A stretch of DNA of 64,000 bases from Beijerinckiaceae bacterium (GCA_051646285.1 JBOFCU010000324.1:8407-72406), one strand, 5' to 3'. Shown: positions 18,295 to 27,472, counted from the stretch's first letter. The notes: generated by a model not told the origin, from the sequence alone. Numbers and translations: made by a program.

Positions 18295-19521
18295 ATGAAA
18301 ATCACACGCCGTTCCATTGTTGCCGTTCCTGCTTTGATAGCTGCGCAAAATGCCTTTGCCCGCTCGGATGAGCCTACCGGCGGCGCTATGCGCGCCACAA
18401 CGCTTGATGCAAAGCCCAATTTTGATAGCTGGTTCAAGGTTTTTGACAGTGTGCATGCGAAATGGAAAGTGCTGGAAACACCAGGAAATCCTGACCGTGT
18501 CACATTGCGCCCGCGCCGCCTTGCCGCGGGGCAAGGCCGCAAGATTTTGATGATTTATCCACGGCCATCATCCGCCTATGATATTGCCGTCACCAAAATC
18601 ATGAATGTTTTTGAGGACAAATTGCTTGATGTCGAGATTATTGTTGAAAACTATCGCTTGAATCCGGCGCTCGGCAAGGCAGTTCTGGAACGTGCGCAGC
18701 GTGATGGATGCGCGCTCATCATGTCCATGGGGTCGGAAACGACGGCATGGCTTTATGAAGTCTACAATGGCGGCCGTATTCCGGTTGTCACAGTGTGTTC
18801 GAAAGATCCGGTCGTTCTTGGGCAAATTCCGAGCTACCGCGTTGGCTCCGGAACCAATTTTGCTTTTACCTCGCTGAACATGCCGATCAATGTGCAGATG
18901 GCATATGTGCAGGAGTTGAAGCCGCGCTTGCGGAATATTGCTGTGCTCGTGGATTCGCGCAATGTCAGCGCCATCGAAACGCAGGCCAAGCCTGTAGCTG
19001 ATTACGCAAAAACACGCAGCATTCGTGTGCTTGAGCTTGCTGTTCAAAATCCGGATAATGCGCGTGTTGAGCTTGAGCGCATGGTGCGTGATGCTACCAC
19101 GCAAATGGCCAAAAATGATCCTGATCTCAGCAATAGCATTTTCTGGGTCACTGGCAGTACGTCTGTTTTCAAGGAAATCGGCACGGTGAATGCCAATGCC
19201 GGGCGTGCGGCTGTTGTGAGTGTGGTGCCTGAAATCGTCCGTGGTGGCGATGATAGTGCTGTTATTTCGATTGGCATCAGCTTTGAATCCAATGCCCATT
19301 TGGCGGCTGTTTATGCAGCCGATGTTATTCGCGGCCGCTCACAGATCGGTGAATTGAAGGTTGGTGTCGTGTCTCCGCCAGACATTGCCATCAGTTTTCG
19401 AAAACTGCGCGATATCGGTATGACACTGCCGTTGTCGTTTTTTGAAGCGGCCAACACTGTCTACGATTATGATGGCAAGGCCGTTCGTATTGATGGTGTC
19501 ACTGTTGGCAAGAACAGCTGA
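18295..19521 (+). CDS. Periplasmic binding protein (ABC-type substrate-binding fold) with no cognate ABC permease or ATPase
   Basis: ORF 18148-19521. The ATG at 18295 gives the Tat-like signal MKITRRSIVAVPALIAAQNAFA. The body resembles the type-I periplasmic-binding / ABC_sub_bind family. Starts 10 nt after the MFS stop. Confidence 0.8.
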   Translation: MKITRRSIVAVPALIAAQNAFARSDEPTGGAMRATTLDAKPNFDSWFKVFDSVHAKWKVLETPGNPDRVTLRPRRLAAGQGRKILMIYPRPSSAYDIAVTKIMNVFEDKLLDVEIIVENYRLNPALGKAVLERAQRDGCALIMSMGSETTAWLYEVYNGGRIPVVTVCSKDPVVLGQIPSYRVGSGTNFAFTSLNMPINVQMAYVQELKPRLRNIAVLVDSRNVSAIETQAKPVADYAKTRSIRVLELAVQNPDNARVELERMVRDATTQMAKNDPDLSNSIFWVTGSTSVFKEIGTVNANAGRAAVVSVVPEIVRGGDDSAVISIGISFESNAHLAAVYAADVIRGRSQIGELKVGVVSPPDIAISFRKLRDIGMTLPLSFFEAANTVYDYDGKAVRIDGVTVGKNS

Positions 19522-19554
19522 CAGTCATGTTAAGTGCCTGAACGAGGCGGGGAA

Positions 19555-22212
19555 ATGAAATCAGCGACCCACATCATGCTTGGGCAGAATGCTCTGGACA
19601 GACAGGTATTTTCTCATGCCGATATTCACGCATCTGGGGTTTCGCAAGCCTATGCCGATGCACTTGATGCTGTGCTGGCAAATGGAGATGACCGCGTTAT
19701 TTCGGCAAGCATTCGTAGTCTTATTGATGCGTTACAGATTGAAAATTCAACATCGCTGATTGTGCTTTCCAATGATACACAAGAAATTACCTGCGCTATT
19801 GATGGTGAGCGCCGTGCGGAGCAGTTTGCGACCTGTGAATTGATCGAAATTGCGCCAGCGCATGGTGCCGCTGTTCACACGTTTGATGCCTCCAATCAAC
19901 GAATACCCGTTGCTGTTGCCATGCGGGCGCTTGCACTGGGCTTCCGGGCCTGTGTGGCAGCGGCAATTTCCAGCTCGTCAGGCCGCCGCTGTGGTGTCGT
20001 CGTTGTTCTTTTGCGCCATCCCTTGCCAGATGGTCATCCTTGCATTGTAGAAATCGCCAAAATCGGTCATTTTGCCACGACCCTGATGCAGACACGCGAA
20101 TATATTGCGCGCGCTCGCAAAGCGGATACGCAGCTTGCCGGACTGGCTGCGACTGTTCCCGGTGTTTTATATCAGCGCGTTGTGCGGCCAAATGGCGAAA
20201 TTCGTTACACATATATCAGCGAAAATGCTGTTGATCTTTTTGGTGTAACGGCAGAGCGCATTCTCACTGATCCCGAGGCACTTTTTCAAAGTTACAGTGC
20301 CGATTATCGCCAGTCATTCCGGCAAAAACTGTTGCAAGCCTCGAAAGACCTCACATTGTGGGATGTTGAGGCAACGATTGTTCGTCCTGATGGGAAGGTG
20401 CGTTACACACATGCCATTGCCAAGCCGACGCGTGAGCCTGACGGCTCTGTGATCTGGACAGGCGTCATCCTTGATGCGACGCGCATCAAGGAAGCGGAAT
20501 TGATGGCCTCTGCTGCCGAGACACGTACACGCAAGGCAATTGTTGAAAGCCTCTCGCAGGGGCTTTTGATGTTCAACAAGGACGATGTGCTGACAGTCAA
20601 GAATAGTCATTTTGATAAATTGTATCCAGCGCTGGCTGATATTGCCGTACCGGGCGCAAAGTATATCGACCTGTTGCATGCGGAATTGAATGCCTCGACA
20701 AACCCGCATGTCTTGCATTCCGATATCATTGATGAGTTGACGGATCGTCTTACGCGTCACGGGCATGGACATCTTGTCTATGAGCGTGCGATGGCGGGTG
20801 ATCGCTTTATTTTGGTGAATGAATATCGTACACCGGAACTTGAAACCGTGGTGCTTTATACGGACATCAGTGAATTGAAGATGCGCGAAAAGCGTATTGA
20901 GCATCTGGCGCACCATGATGTGCTGACGGGGCTTGCTAACAGGGTTCTTTTCCGCAGCAATCTTGAACATGCGATATTTGATGCTGCGCAGCATCAGCTC
21001 AATGTTGCAGTGCTGTGCCTCGATCTTGACCGCTTCAAGTCCGTCAATGACACGCTCGGACATCACGTCGGGGATTTGCTCCTGAAGCAGGTTGCGCAAC
21101 GTATTCGTGATTGTGTGCGCGAGGATGATCTGGCTTGCCGGCTCGGCGGTGATGAATTCGCGATTATCATGCGCAGTGTCAATGATCCGTTGACTGTTAC
21201 GACGCTGGCATGGCGGCTATTGCAGGCAATGGCGCAGCCCTTTACGGTTGACGGTCATACTATCGTATCGGGAACAAGTATTGGTATTGCGATTGGTTTG
21301 CAGGATGGTGATGATCCTGATGGTCTTTTGAAGAATGCTGATCTTGCGCTTTACCGTGCCAAATCCGATGGGCGTGGTACATTCCGCTTTTTTGAAGCTG
21401 AAATGGATCAAAAGGCTCAGACCCGCCGATTGCTGGAAATTTCCTTGCGTGCAGCTGTGGTGCGGCAGGAAATCGAAGTGCATTATCAGCCGCTGGTTGA
21501 TGTTCACACAGCGCAGATTGTGGGTGTTGAAGCTCTCGTGCGCTGGAATCGCATGGGTGCGGGTTATATACCGCCGCTGGAATTTATTCCGCTGGCTGAA
21601 GAGACCGGGCTCATTAATGATATTGGTATTTTTGTCTTGAAGAAGGCGTGCGCTGACGCGGCTAAATGGCCCAATGATATTCGTGTTGCTGTGAATATTT
21701 CGCCGGCTCAATTCCGCAATACGGCGTTTGCCTCTGTCGTGAAGGGCATTCTCGAACAGGCTGGCTTGTCACCCAACAGGCTGGAGCTTGAAATTACAGA
21801 ATCCATGCTGCTGCGGAACTCTGAGACCAATCTGGCGATTTTGCGGGAACTCAAGGAGCAAGGAATTCGTATTTCCATGGATGATTTCGGCACGGGCTAT
21901 TCATCGCTTGGCAATCTTCGCTCATTTCCGTTCGATAAAATCAAGATTGATAAGTCTTTCATTGGCGATCTCAATAAAAGCGTTGATGCCGCTGCTATCA
22001 TCCGCGCGGTGCTGTCTCTTGGGCGCAGTCTGGGAATGACCACGACGGCAGAAGGTGTTGAAACGCGCGATCAGCTTGCCTATTTGCGTGCGGAGGGCTG
22101 TGTGGAAGTTCAGGGGCATTATTATGCCAGTGCGATGAATGCCAAGGGCATCAGCACAATTCTGGAAAATTCGAATGCCCGCGTGATGCTGCCGGCGTCT
22201 CAATCCATGTAA
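19555..22212 (+). CDS. Cytosolic PAS-PAS-GGDEF-EAL c-di-GMP turnover protein with an unassigned N-terminal domain
   Basis: ATG at 19555 is preceded by GAGGCGGGG. No hydrophobic helix. PAS-like region around GVLYQRVVRPNGEIRYTYISENA. GGDEF motif intact (CRLGGDEFAII). EAL domain intact (EALVRW, DDFGTGYSSL). Confidence 0.88.
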   Translation: MKSATHIMLGQNALDRQVFSHADIHASGVSQAYADALDAVLANGDDRVISASIRSLIDALQIENSTSLIVLSNDTQEITCAIDGERRAEQFATCELIEIAPAHGAAVHTFDASNQRIPVAVAMRALALGFRACVAAAISSSSGRRCGVVVVLLRHPLPDGHPCIVEIAKIGHFATTLMQTREYIARARKADTQLAGLAATVPGVLYQRVVRPNGEIRYTYISENAVDLFGVTAERILTDPEALFQSYSADYRQSFRQKLLQASKDLTLWDVEATIVRPDGKVRYTHAIAKPTREPDGSVIWTGVILDATRIKEAELMASAAETRTRKAIVESLSQGLLMFNKDDVLTVKNSHFDKLYPALADIAVPGAKYIDLLHAELNASTNPHVLHSDIIDELTDRLTRHGHGHLVYERAMAGDRFILVNEYRTPELETVVLYTDISELKMREKRIEHLAHHDVLTGLANRVLFRSNLEHAIFDAAQHQLNVAVLCLDLDRFKSVNDTLGHHVGDLLLKQVAQRIRDCVREDDLACRLGGDEFAIIMRSVNDPLTVTTLAWRLLQAMAQPFTVDGHTIVSGTSIGIAIGLQDGDDPDGLLKNADLALYRAKSDGRGTFRFFEAEMDQKAQTRRLLEISLRAAVVRQEIEVHYQPLVDVHTAQIVGVEALVRWNRMGAGYIPPLEFIPLAEETGLINDIGIFVLKKACADAAKWPNDIRVAVNISPAQFRNTAFASVVKGILEQAGLSPNRLELEITESMLLRNSETNLAILRELKEQGIRISMDDFGTGYSSLGNLRSFPFDKIKIDKSFIGDLNKSVDAAAIIRAVLSLGRSLGMTTTAEGVETRDQLAYLRAEGCVEVQGHYYASAMNAKGISTILENSNARVMLPASQSM

Positions 22213-22214
22213 AA

Positions 22215-22240
22215 ATCCCCGCGCTTTCGGGCGCGGGGAT
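22215..22240. terminator. Hairpin terminator between the convergent GGDEF-EAL gene and catalase
   Basis: Stem atccccgcgc (22215-22224), loop tttcgg, stem gcgcggggat (22231-22240). The A-run at 22211-22215 gives a U-run for the minus-strand (catalase) transcript. The tail on the plus side is weaker. Confidence 0.6.
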
Positions 22241-22263
22241 CATGCTTTAAATAGCGCAGCGGA

Positions 22264-23745
22264 TTATTCCGCCGCCTTCATCCTGCCTGTTGCTGCTGCA
22301 ACAGCTGCGCGCACGCCCGCACCGTAATCGGCGTGGACCTTGTCGAGCAATTTGCATTGCCGCTCGATGATGTCGCCGGGAACGCCTCCCATGGCCGCTG
22401 CGTAATTCGCAAAAAGCTGCTTTTTCTGATCGGGATTCATCAGATTGAACAAGGCCCGCGGCTGGGTGAAATCATCCACCTGCTGACCTTCGCCATTTTT
22501 CTGGGAATAGCGCGATGCCCCTCCTGAAATCTGCAAAGGCGGTTCCAGTGCTGATGCGTCTTCGAACGGTCCATTGAAGGAATTGGGCTCGTAGTACACA
22601 TCCGGATTGCCGGTTTTCAGCCCATCGGCATTCATCAAGCCGTCACGGTTATAATGATGGACGGGGCATTGGGGCCGGTTCACAGGCAACTGCTCGAAAT
22701 GCGTGCCGAGCCGGTAGCGATGGGCGTCCGGATAAGAGAAGATGCGCGCCTGCAACATCTTGTCCGGCGACCAGGAAATACCCGGCACGACGTTGGATGG
22801 CGAAAATGCTGCCATTTCGATTTCGGCAAAATAATCGTCCGGATTCCGGTTCAGTTCAAAATAGCCGATATCCATGACCGGATAATCGCCATGCGGCCAG
22901 ACTTTCGTGAGATCGAATGGGTTGTAAGGCGTCTTTTCCGCATCCTTTTCCGGCATGATCTGCACCTGCATTTTCCAGCGCGGAAATTTGCCGGACTCGA
23001 TCGTGCCGAAAAGCTGTTCCTGATAGCTCTCACGGGTCTTGCCGATCACAGCTTCGGCTTCAGCATTGGTGAGATTTTCAATGCCCTGTTCGGTCTTGAA
23101 ATGGAATTTGACCCAATGGCGTTCGCCTTTTTCATTCCAGAAGGAAAAAGTATGCGAACCGAAACCGTGCATGTGCATGGGAGATTTCGGCAGGCCGCGG
23201 TCCGACATCAATATGGTGACCTGATGCAGGCTTTCTGGCGACAATGACCAGAAATCCCACATTGCCTTGGGTGAGCGCATGTGGTTGCGCGGATGGCGCT
23301 TCTGGGTGTGGATGAAGTCCGCAAATTTCATCGGGTCACGCACAAAGAAAACCGGCGTGTTGTTGCCAACCAGATCCCAGTTACCTTCAGCGGTATAAAA
23401 TTTCAGGGCAAAGCCGCGCACATCACGCTCGGCATCGGCGGCACCAAGTTCACCGGCCACAGTGGAGAAACGAGCCAACATTGGCGTTTCTGCGCCTTTT
23501 TGCAGTGCCTTCGCCTTGGTAAATTTGGAAATGTCAGCGGTAATTTTCAGAACGCCGTGGGCACCCCAGCCCTTGGCGTGCACGGTGCGCTCGGGCAACC
23601 GTTCGCGGTTCTGATGGGCCAGCTTTTGCGTGAGCTGAAAATCCTGCATCAGCAGTGGGCCGCGCGCGCCTGCTGTGACTGAATTCTGGTTGTCAGGTAC
23701 AGGCTGCCCGCCCGTGGTGGTGAGCGTGGGACGTTTATCGGCCAT
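22264..23745 (-). CDS. katA: Monofunctional heme catalase (small-subunit type)
   Basis: 493 aa. [19 protein letters not shown], the distal His/Asn context and the proximal Tyr region ([14 protein letters not shown]). Length fits clade-3 catalases. Confidence 0.95.
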   Translation of the reverse strand: MADKRPTLTTTGGQPVPDNQNSVTAGARGPLLMQDFQLTQKLAHQNRERLPERTVHAKGWGAHGVLKITADISKFTKAKALQKGAETPMLARFSTVAGELGAADAERDVRGFALKFYTAEGNWDLVGNNTPVFFVRDPMKFADFIHTQKRHPRNHMRSPKAMWDFWSLSPESLHQVTILMSDRGLPKSPMHMHGFGSHTFSFWNEKGERHWVKFHFKTEQGIENLTNAEAEAVIGKTRESYQEQLFGTIESGKFPRWKMQVQIMPEKDAEKTPYNPFDLTKVWPHGDYPVMDIGYFELNRNPDDYFAEIEMAAFSPSNVVPGISWSPDKMLQARIFSYPDAHRYRLGTHFEQLPVNRPQCPVHHYNRDGLMNADGLKTGNPDVYYEPNSFNGPFEDASALEPPLQISGGASRYSQKNGEGQQVDDFTQPRALFNLMNPDQKKQLFANYAAAMGGVPGDIIERQCKLLDKVHADYGAGVRAAVAAATGRMKAAE

Positions 23746-23786
23746 GATTGTCTCCCTGTTTTGTCGATTGGATGGAATGGTGAGCT

Positions 23787-23809
23787 TAGTTTACAGCAAT
23801 TCTAAACTA
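23787..23809. promoter_or_regulatory. 7-9-7 inverted repeat in the catalase/aqpZ divergent promoter region (candidate operator)
   Basis: tagttta (23787-23793), cagcaattc, taaacta (23803-23809). Perfect 7-nt arms, about 45-65 nt upstream of the catalase start codon at 23745. Confidence 0.3.
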
Positions 23810-24036
23810 GTGCCAGCCTCGAAGTGCCGTTCCCCATATAGATGGGCCATGGCAATGGGCCAGCCAGCCTCGGCTTGTCCTCACAGGCCGGCTTATCGCA
23901 TAGGGTAGCATCCCCTGACTTGCGCTGGTCAACTGCCGTACTGTTCATTTGCGTGTCATGATGACGCAGCTACGACAATGGTGGCCCGGAATCGCAGGGG
24001 TGCCGGGCAGGGGCAACATAGACGGAAATTCTCACA

Positions 24037-24735
24037 ATGAAAAAATATCTGGCTGAATTTATTGGCACAGCGGCTCTGGTTATCATCGGCTGTGGCGCCG
24101 TGACGTTGGGGGGGCAGGGCGCCGCGCTCGGCGGTGCTGCGCCCATGAACGTGCTGGCAACACTGCCGATTGCCTTTGCTTTTGGGATTGGCGTGATCGC
24201 CATGGCCTATGGCATTGGCCCGGTTTCCGGCTGTCATATCAACCCGGCCGTCACCGCTGGTGTATGGGCTGCCGGCCGCATGCCGACCTCTGATCTGGTC
24301 GGTTATATCGTCGCCCAGTGCCTTGGCGCGATTACGGGTGCAGCCATTCTTTACATCATTTTGTCCGGCAAGGTCGGGGGCTATGATCTGGCTGCGGGCG
24401 GTTTGGGGCAGAATGGCTGGAAGACCTATTCCACCGGCTCGGCCGCTCTGGCCGAATTTGCCGGCACATTCCTGTTCCTCGTCGCTATTCTGGGGGCGAC
24501 CTCAAAGGCTGGTTCTGGCCCGGCTGCGGGTCTGGCCATTGGCATGACGCTTGTTGGTATCCATATCGTGCTCATCCCGGTCACGGGCACGTCGGTCAAT
24601 CCAGCGCGGTCGCTCGGCCCGGCCCTGTTCGTTGGCGGGCAGGCCATGGCGCAGCTCTGGCTGTTCCTGATCATGCCGATTCTGGGTGGCCTTGCGGCGG
24701 GCTTCCTGTTCCGCAACAAGACGCTGGAAGCTTGA
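24037..24735 (+). CDS. aqpZ: Aquaporin Z
   Basis: 232 aa with two NPA boxes ([14 protein letters not shown]) and the [11 protein letters not shown] start typical of AqpZ. Confidence 0.95.
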   Translation: MKKYLAEFIGTAALVIIGCGAVTLGGQGAALGGAAPMNVLATLPIAFAFGIGVIAMAYGIGPVSGCHINPAVTAGVWAAGRMPTSDLVGYIVAQCLGAITGAAILYIILSGKVGGYDLAAGGLGQNGWKTYSTGSAALAEFAGTFLFLVAILGATSKAGSGPAAGLAIGMTLVGIHIVLIPVTGTSVNPARSLGPALFVGGQAMAQLWLFLIMPILGGLAAGFLFRNKTLEA

Positions 24736-24754
24736 TTTGGCAGTGTGACGAACG

Positions 24755-24785
24755 AAAAACCCGCCGCTCCGGCGGGTTTTTTGTT
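24755..24785 (+). terminator. Rho-independent terminator of aqpZ
   Basis: Stem acccgccg (24759-24766), loop ctcc, stem ggcgggt (24771-24777), followed by tttttt. Confidence 0.8.
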
Positions 24786-24875
24786 GCATTCATGGCCTGG
24801 GTTGGGTTGTCGCCCGAGTGGGGCGCGGCTATAAGCCCGCCACATTCAAAAACAACGAAGCAGGATCATCGTATT

Positions 24876-25298
24876 ATGGCGATTGAACGCACCTTTTCCA
24901 TTCTCAAGCCCGATGCGACCAAGCGCAACATCACGGGTGCCGTGAACGCCATCATCGAAAAATCCGGTTTGCGCATTGTCGCGCAGAAGCGGATTCACAT
25001 GACCAAGGCGCAGGCCGAAACATTCTATGCCGTGCACAGTGCCCGCCCGTTCTTTGGCGAGCTGGTCGAATTCATGACCTCTGCGCCGGTCGTGGTGCAG
25101 GTGCTGGAAGGCGACAATGCCATTGCAAAATATCGTGAAGTGATGGGCGCAACCAACCCGGCGAATGCCGCTGAAGGCACAATCCGCAAGGTGCATGCGC
25201 TTTCTGTCGGCGAGAACACCGCGCATGGTTCGGATTCTGCCGAGAACGCTGCGATCGAGATTGCCCAGTTTTTTTCCGGCAACGAAATCGTCGGCTGA
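24876..25298 (+). CDS. ndk: Nucleoside diphosphate kinase
   Basis: ORF 24732-25298. The ATG at 24876 gives the 140-aa [18 protein letters not shown]...NTAHGSDS with the active-site His context. Confidence 0.97.
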   Translation: MAIERTFSILKPDATKRNITGAVNAIIEKSGLRIVAQKRIHMTKAQAETFYAVHSARPFFGELVEFMTSAPVVVQVLEGDNAIAKYREVMGATNPANAAEGTIRKVHALSVGENTAHGSDSAENAAIEIAQFFSGNEIVG

Positions 25299-25335
25299 AC
25301 TGGTGCGCCGCCATGGATGGCGGCATTCAAGATGA

Positions 25336-25363
25336 CTGGCGCGCAAGCCGCGCCAGTCTTTCT
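25336..25363 (+). terminator. Hairpin after ndk, immediately preceding tRNA-Ser
   Basis: Stem ctggcgcg (25336-25343), loop caagc, stem cgcgccag (25349-25356), tail tctttct. Ends 2 nt before the tRNA. Confidence 0.55.
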
Positions 25364-25365
25364 CC

Positions 25366-25455
25366 GGAAGGGTGGCCGAGTGGTTTAAGGCAGCGGTCTT
25401 GAAAACCGCCGTGGGGGCAACTCCACCGTGGGTTCGAATCCCACCCCTTCCGCCA
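25366..25455 (+). tRNA. tRNA-Ser (anticodon TGA), CCA encoded
   Basis: Hand-folded cloverleaf. Acceptor GGAAGGG/CCCTTCC; anticodon stem GCGGT/ACCGC with loop CTTGAAA; long variable arm; T-arm GTGGG-TTCGAAT-CCCAC; discriminator G plus CCA. Confidence 0.93.
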
Positions 25456-25474
25456 TTGTTTGCAAAGGCGTGCC

Positions 25475-27472
25475 ATGTCCCAACATCCGGCTCTGCCGTT
25501 TTTGCGCAATGCTGAAAAAGGCAAGGTTGTCACTGCGGCGGAAGCGGTGCGGCTTGTACGCCCCGGCGATACGGTCGCGACCGGCGGATTTGTCGGCATC
25601 GGGTTTGCCGAAGAGATTGCGATCGCGCTCGAAGACCTGTTTCTCAGTGACGATCCGGCGCTGGCCAAATCAAAGCCACGCGATCTGACGCTGGTTTATG
25701 CGGCCGGGCAGGGTGACGGCAAAAGCAAGGGCCTCAATCATTTCGGCCATAAGGGGCTGGTGAAGCGCGTAATCGGCGGCCATTGGGGTCTGGTGCCGAA
25801 ATTGCAGCAACTCGCCTTTGCCAATGAGATCGAGGCCTACAACTTGCCGCAGGGCGTGATCACGCATCTGTTCCGCGATATTGCCGCGCACCGGCCAGCC
25901 CATATTACCCGCGTCGGGATGGGCACTTTTGTCGATCCCCTGCTGGGCGGCGGCAAATTAAATACGCGCACCACGGACGATCTCGTCGAGCGCATTTCCA
26001 TCCATGGGCAGGAGTGCCTGCTCTACAAGACATTTCCCATTCATGTCGGCATTATCCGCGCCACAACGGGGGATCCGGAAGGCAATCTCACCATGGAAAA
26101 GGAAGCGCTGACGCTGGAAGCGTTGGCGATAGCCATGGCTGTGCGCAATTCCGGCGGCATCGTGATCGCGCAGGTTGAGCGGGTGGCTGACAGTGGCAGC
26201 CTCAACCCGCGGCAGGTCAAAATTCCGGGTGTGATGGTGGATTGTGTGGTTGTGGCACAGCCCGTCAATCACTGGCAGACCTTTGGCACCCCCTATAATC
26301 CCGCCTACAGCAGCGAAATTCGCGTACGGGCCAGTTCCGTTGCGCCCATGGCCATGAGCGAACGCAAACTGATCGCGCGGCGCGCCGCCTTTGAACTCAA
26401 GCCCAACAGTGTTGTGAATTTGGGGATCGGCATGCCGGAGGGCATTGCGGCTGTCGCCAATGAGGAAAAGATTATCGACCTCATCACGCTGACAGCGGAG
26501 CCGGGTGTGATCGGCGGTATTCCGGCGAGCGGCATTGATTTTGGTGCGGCCATCAATACCCAGGCTGTGATTGATCAGCCCTACCAATTCGATTTTTATG
26601 ATGGCGGCGGGCTGGATGTCGCCTTTCTCGGTCTGGCGCAGGTCGACCGTATCGGCAATCTCAATGTCAGCAAATTCGGCCCGAAACTCGCGGGTGCGGG
26701 CGGCTTCATCAATATCAGCCAGAACGCGCAGAAGGTGGTGTTTGTCGGCACGTTTGGTGCTGGCAAAATGCAACTATCGGCCGGCGACGGCCTGTTGAAA
26801 ATTCACGCGGATGCGCGCGAGACGAAATTCGTGAGCGACGTCGAGCATATTACGTTCAGCGGGCGGTACGCGGCAGAGCAGGGCAAGACAGTTTTGTATG
26901 TCACCGAGCGTTGTGTCTTTGCACTGCGTCCTGACGGGATTGAGCTGACCGAAGTTGCACCCGGTATTGACGTCGAGCGTGACATTCTGGCGCGCATGGC
27001 GTTCAAGCCGCTGATGCCCCACGATCCGATGATCATGGATGCGCGGATTTTCCGTGACGGGCCGATGGATATGCGCGGCGACCTGCTCTCCATCCCGATG
27101 GACCAGCGCTTCAGCTACGATCCGGTGCAGGATCTGTTTTTCGTCAATCTCGAACGGTTTCCCTTGCGCAGCCGGGCGGACATTGCAGCGATCAAGGCTG
27201 CAGCGGAAGCGAAACTGAAGCCGCTCGGCAAACGTGTCTATGCCATTGTCAATTACGACCATTTCTCCATCGTGCCGGAATTGCTGGATGCCTATTCCGA
27301 GATGGTGCGCGGCCTGCATGACCACTATTACTCCGGTGTTTCGCGCTACACTACGAGTGGATTTCTGCGCATGAAACTGGGGGAGGCCCTCCAGAACCGT
27401 GGGGTATCACCGCACATCTTCGAGAGTGCGGCGGCTGCCAAGTCTGAACGTCTGCCATCGTCGGCAGGATAG
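25475..27472 (+). CDS. Acyl-CoA:acetate/3-ketoacid CoA-transferase, fused alpha-beta type (YdiF/Pct-like) with a C-terminal extension
   Basis: ORF 25460-27472, with ATG at 25475. The N-terminus AEAVRLVRPGDTVATGGFVGIG and the central and second CoA-transferase halves are collinear with YdiF as I recall it. About 130 extra C-terminal residues. Confidence 0.85.
   Translation: MSQHPALPFLRNAEKGKVVTAAEAVRLVRPGDTVATGGFVGIGFAEEIAIALEDLFLSDDPALAKSKPRDLTLVYAAGQGDGKSKGLNHFGHKGLVKRVIGGHWGLVPKLQQLAFANEIEAYNLPQGVITHLFRDIAAHRPAHITRVGMGTFVDPLLGGGKLNTRTTDDLVERISIHGQECLLYKTFPIHVGIIRATTGDPEGNLTMEKEALTLEALAIAMAVRNSGGIVIAQVERVADSGSLNPRQVKIPGVMVDCVVVAQPVNHWQTFGTPYNPAYSSEIRVRASSVAPMAMSERKLIARRAAFELKPNSVVNLGIGMPEGIAAVANEEKIIDLITLTAEPGVIGGIPASGIDFGAAINTQAVIDQPYQFDFYDGGGLDVAFLGLAQVDRIGNLNVSKFGPKLAGAGGFINISQNAQKVVFVGTFGAGKMQLSAGDGLLKIHADARETKFVSDVEHITFSGRYAAEQGKTVLYVTERCVFALRPDGIELTEVAPGIDVERDILARMAFKPLMPHDPMIMDARIFRDGPMDMRGDLLSIPMDQRFSYDPVQDLFFVNLERFPLRSRADIAAIKAAAEAKLKPLGKRVYAIVNYDHFSIVPELLDAYSEMVRGLHDHYYSGVSRYTTSGFLRMKLGEALQNRGVSPHIFESAAAAKSERLPSSAG

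Noticed and set aside
25366-27472. tRNA-Ser or tRNA-Val (56527-56601) as integration sites of genomic islands.
   Set aside because: There are no integrase, excisionase, transposase or phage genes, and I noticed no direct repeat of a tRNA 3' end. For tRNA-Val, the AT-richer genes lie on its 5' side rather than its 3' side.
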